Shown: positions 60,012 through 64,000 of the stretch, one piece after another
Position numbering within the stretch: position 1 is the first letter of the stretch
Layout: each line of letters begins with the position of its first letter
Origin: Amoebophrya sp. A120
Lineage: Eukaryota; Protista; Dinoflagellata
Assembly: GCA_905178155.1 (NCBI GenBank)
Contig: CAJINV010000004.1
Coordinates: forward strand, 8,894,411 to 8,958,410
DNA length: 64,000 bases
Reading direction: 5' to 3'
Notes under the pieces: model-generated
Database searches by the model: none
What the model was told of the DNA's origin: nothing
Seen by the model: only the letters and a program-made list of their open reading frames with translations
Position numbers and translations under genes: made by a program

Positions 60012-61110
60012 GTGTTTCACTTGTTCTACCTAACTACAAAAACGCTACAATCTTGTCCAGCAAGTTGTAGACGGCGAAACCACAAGCAGCAATCTCACTG
60101 CTTTGCTAAAATGGCGCACCGAAAAACAAAGAGGAGAAAACCTTTACCATGTTCCGTGACAGCCGCCACGACCTTGTTCACTGCAGCTGCATTAGCGCTC
60201 CTCGCGAGAGTGGTTCTGTCCGAAAAGCCTTTTGTTCTTTCCTCTCAGAACCAAAACTGGTTTCCCGATCACGATTGCAGAAATTCGGAGAAATGGAACC
60301 ACTGGCGGGAACAAATCCGCGACCAGCCCACCTGGCTGCGGCCGGAGAACACGAAGGTGCAAGCGGGAATTGTGGACTTCTACTTGAAGCAAAATCCATC
60401 TGGACAAGACCAAGCGTACCACTACAACGACCCGGCGGACCCAAGTGCTCTGCTCCCCCACGAAGAGAAGATGTATGAGGATTGTTACCTCGGCGCCCTC
60501 TACTCCGGCCTTATCGTCATGCTGACCTGCTGGCTGCGACAAGACTCGTGCTACTTTGAGAACGAGCAGAAACTGCAGAGAATGTTCCCGCCCTTGAGAG
60601 TCCTGATCGGGACGGAGTGGCCAATATTGGAGACGTTGGCGGAGACAGATTGGTCCGCGAGTCCGAGCGCAAAGGATCTGCAAGTGACCTGCGATTTTCC
60701 AACAGAGAAAAAACCGCTAGTGGACTGGACACGGTTCAAGGAAGTATAGAAAATGGTACTTCTTCTTCTAGTTCTATCTTCTTCTGTAGTACCTGCGTCG
60801 TGAAGGCTGTTCTTGGTCGTGTTGGCTTCTGGAATTTCAATTTCAGTGCACCGCGTGTGCATGTGGTGCATGAGAAATGTTGCTGTGTAGCAGGGCAGTC
60901 ATTTTACATCACAAATTCTTTCTAGGTTTTCACGACCTCGCCAAATTCCTGGTTTGATTACGCCGTGAAAATCGCGTACGGCAGAGAGCTGGAGCAAAAC
61001 ACCCAAGTAGCCATCGCCGAATGCCCCCTTGGGTTCCTGACCGCGAACATTGTGAAAGCGTTGCTTTGTGCGAACACGGAGTCCGTGTGTTTCCCCGCCC
61101 ACGCCGGCGC
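60010..61110 (+). repeat. Direct duplicate of ~53909-55004 (5' flank, exon 1, intron and part of exon 2 of the glycosyltransferase)
   Basis: Near-identical sequence with scattered substitutions and two 3-bp insertions in exon 1; intron retained. Confidence 0.95.
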
Positions 61111-61126
61111 GAATTATCGAGAATAA
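60111..61126 (+). pseudogene. 3'-truncated duplicate of the glycosyltransferase N-terminus (no catalytic domain)
   Basis: Same MAHRKTKRRK start; after intron 60744-60925 it runs into a stop 5 codons past the duplication breakpoint. Confidence 0.7.
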
Positions 61127-62382
61127 TCACCGGAAAAGCGGAAGCTCTTCCTCCTCCTCTTTTCGGACGAACACGCGAGCACCACCCGCGGGTGCCGTTA
61201 GAGTACTAGAGACTGTGGAAGACGCACGAGTGGATTTGGAACAAGCAAGTGGAGCGGTGCCGAGGAACGAAAGGCGTACTGAAATTATAGGGAAGAAGCA
61301 AAAGACAAAGGTGGTGCAGGTGCAACCACGACCTGGAATGCGTATTAAAATTTGGTTTCGATATAGCAAGGGGTTTTGTTCGAGCGCTGTACTCTGCATC
61401 GAGCATCAGCATGTATGCACAAAGACAAACACGGCTTGATGTGGCAAGGATGTTGCACCCACTGAAAATAAACTTTCCAACATCTTCAGGTAATGGGCGC
61501 ATTCTGTCACCAGCACCAGATGAAGTTATGAAGCGAGACTCTTCATCACCCTTTCAATATCCAGGAGGACTGGGTGGATCCCCGATGAAAAAACGCAAAT
61601 TGAGTCCGGTAGTAGCCGAGCTACCAGGAACGCGGGAGGAGCAGAAGGATAGAAGTGGAAATAAAATCTCGCCCGAAAAACCATTCTGTGGCGACAAGAA
61701 TAAGCTAGGGGTTGAACAACAAGGGTTGGAACAAAAGGACTACTGCATCGAAGTTAATAGTGATAGCAACATCTTCAAAACCTCGAAAGTATTTCCCATG
61801 CCTGCTGCAGCCGAGGTAAAAAAACAGGAGCAGGAGATGCAACAAGCACCTATTTCTTCTTCTGTTATTACAACCACAAAGATGGCCCAGGATGAGAAAC
61901 CAGTAGTTAAAAATAAAGTTAAAAAACAGCAACCGAACAAGAATAAAAGCAGAAGCCACGACCCTTGCTCCTTCGCTCCTTCTCGCGAGCAGCTGATCGG
62001 AATTCGGGTGGAGAGGTTGCTTGATTTAAACGACTCGGAGACGAAGGAGGAGTGCCAAAAGTTGAAAATCGACATTCTGAAAAGTGACCGAAAGGAGGCT
62101 TTGATTGTGAAGTTGCTGAAGAAGGATTCTTCTAAAAGCGACAAGGCAACTGCCGTGAAATGCCTTTTGCAAAACGCCGCCGAGTCGGCGCAGGAACTGC
62201 AGAGCTTGTGGGAACAGATGGGGGAGCTGGAACTGGAGAATAAGAACGAGACTTCAACTTCTTCTAGCGACATCAAGGAAAAACACCAAAGACGGTCGGA
62301 TCTGGATCGGGACATTGTCTTTCAGATGCAAAGGCACAGGGACGCGAAAACGGTAGCGGACATGCTGCGGGATTTGTCATAA
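61111..62382 (+). CDS. Probable 3' part of the RanBP2-ZnF gene
   Basis: Resumes with ENNHRKSGSSSS, matching ENNYRKSGSSSS at 59961-60000; GT-AG intron 61342-61489 joins ORF 61411-62382 in frame. Confidence 0.6.
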
Positions 62383-63056
62383 GAGATGCGGAAGTAGCGG
62401 AAGAATGTTAACACGAGGTTCGACATGACACAAGAAGAGAAAAGAAAGCTCTCGGGGGCATCCAAGATGACGACAAGGAACTTACAGATAAAGGGAATGT
62501 CCGCTCTCACGGGAATAAAGTTAATTGTGAAAAACTTGTGTAAAAACGCGCGCTAGTATGCTCTGGTTTTGTAATAGTAAGTACTTACTTACTTTTCCAG
62601 CGACGGATGCGGCTTTTGTGCGAGTTCCCATGCGCACAAAAAGGATGCAGCTCTGATGCGGGCCACAGGGTAAAAATTGTTCGCTGTCGGAGGAGGTGTT
62701 CTTGGTAAATTCTAGAGAAACATACGACGTTTGTCTACAACATCTACTAGGAAGTGTAAGTGTTGACCCGAACAATGGTATCAAGTATATGGAGGAACGA
62801 GTTTACTCGAAAAGATATAGACGAAAGTGTTATGCTTTGCGAATCGCAAAAGTCGTATAGTTTTCTGTCTGTGTCTGTGCAGGCATCGTACAATTTTCGT
62901 CTGCGTTGTACAGCAGAATTTCGCCTTTCTCTTTCCAGTCGTGTACAAGATTTTTTTGTGTGGCAATTATACGCTTCGTCCAAAAAACATCATCAACGAG
63001 CTTCAATCCGACGCCACAGAGCTGCAACATCTTCGAGCCCAAAGCCGTCCAAAATT

Positions 63057-64000
63057 ATGGCCACCACAAACGTACAAGGCCCCCCCAAAGGTGCCCCCGC
63101 TGGTGCCCCCAGTGAACAATCTACGACCACCTCTGTCGAGCTCTTCGTGAGGGTTTGTGAAAAAAAAGAGGTCCAAGACTGGTACTACCCCGACGACGAA
63201 CGGTCCGCCGAGTGGAACGAGGAGCACGAAAAGATCGAGAAACAGATCAAAAAGCAGTTCGAAAGGCTCGGGTGCGAGATCACACAGTACAAACGGGAGT
63301 TGAATCACGCCGGGAATGAGTTCGCGACCGTGTCCTTCGAAAAAGAGGAAGACCAGGAATTTTTCCTCATGGCCTGCAAGCGCGAGCATTTTCGGAGCAA
63401 ACTCTCGCCCAACCCGTATCCTGTGCAAAATAAGTATCGTACTCATATAAATGCAAGTCTTGCATTACAAATCTTGTTCTCAAGGCAAATCCGCATTACA
63501 AATTTCATTTCTCATGCTGAGAAAATTTGTAATGCATTTATACGAGTACGATAACGATACTCATACTTTTGCAATGCATAACCCGGACTACACGTCGATC
63601 TGCGTTTTCGGAAAACACCACCACATCACCGAGGCGGTGCGGACCTTGCGGGTGGCGAAGGAGAAAGCGATGTCTGCGGTTTGGTTTCTCCAGGAAGAAA
63701 CGACCCTTCATAACCAACCGTCCGACGCTGTCATTGTGGAGGAGGAAAGGGGGGACGCGGAATACCGGCAGCGGGTCTTGCGCGCGGCCATAGATCACGC
63801 GAGGAAAAAGGTGGACGAGGCTGTTGAGAACAACGGGAAGGACTTTATTCCGCAACCGGTGGCGGACCACCTCGCAAAGGAGATTAAGGTTGCGCAAGCG
63901 ACTTACCAACAGAATCGGTTGTTGATTATCGATCTGGAAAAAGTAGTAGCTCCGGCAGAGGTGGAGGAAAAAGCCGAGGGAGGAGCGGCTCCAGGTACTG
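63057..64000 (+). CDS. 3'-partial hypothetical protein, possible degenerate RRM-like N-terminal domain
   Basis: ATG at 63057; VELFVRV...EFATVSFEKEED; frame stays open to the window end after removing introner 63417. Confidence 0.6.
63417..63580. mobile_element. Introner family C, reverse orientation (164 bp)
   Basis: TSD acccg; frame restored (SPNP|DYTSIC). Confidence 0.95.

Noticed and set aside
390-63580. Repeats as CRISPR arrays or bacterial REP/IS elements
   Set aside because: They are dispersed TIR elements with TSDs inside eukaryotic exons; no repeat-spacer periodicity, cas genes or transposase
1-64000. Interrupted genes as pseudogenes
   Set aside because: Exons between the elements are stop-free, in frame and keep catalytic motifs across up to 15 insertions, which implies purifying selection

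Overview
Eukaryotic, gene-dense 64 kb window with about 16 protein-coding genes plus one truncated duplicate, all on the + strand. The dominant signal is 41 short (112-370 bp) transposon-like elements, together about 11 kb or 17% of the window. They fall into at least 9 terminal-inverted-repeat (TIR) types, almost all with TAT...ATA ends and a 5-bp target-site duplication (TSD). Every one lies inside a coding exon. In every case, removing the element plus one TSD copy rejoins the reading frame, usually with no GT-AG junction available. They therefore behave as non-canonical 'introner' introns. This architecture, together with unidirectional gene order, matches what is reported for Amoebophrya-like (Syndiniales) parasitic dinoflagellates; that organism assignment is an inference. 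Genes rebuilt by hand: receptor-L-domain-like membrane protein, conserved GSFGGTYFR-family protein, VTC1, ABC1/ADCK kinase, a membrane-anchored GH6 cellulase split by 15 introners, dynamitin, a CLC transporter with an ankyrin-like tail, PP2C, a J-domain protein, a nucleotide-diphospho-sugar transferase and a RanBP2-zinc-finger protein. Three introners carry nested retro-type insertions. A ~1.1 kb copy of the glycosyltransferase 5' end interrupts the neighbouring gene. All gene models are manual reconstructions without transcript data.
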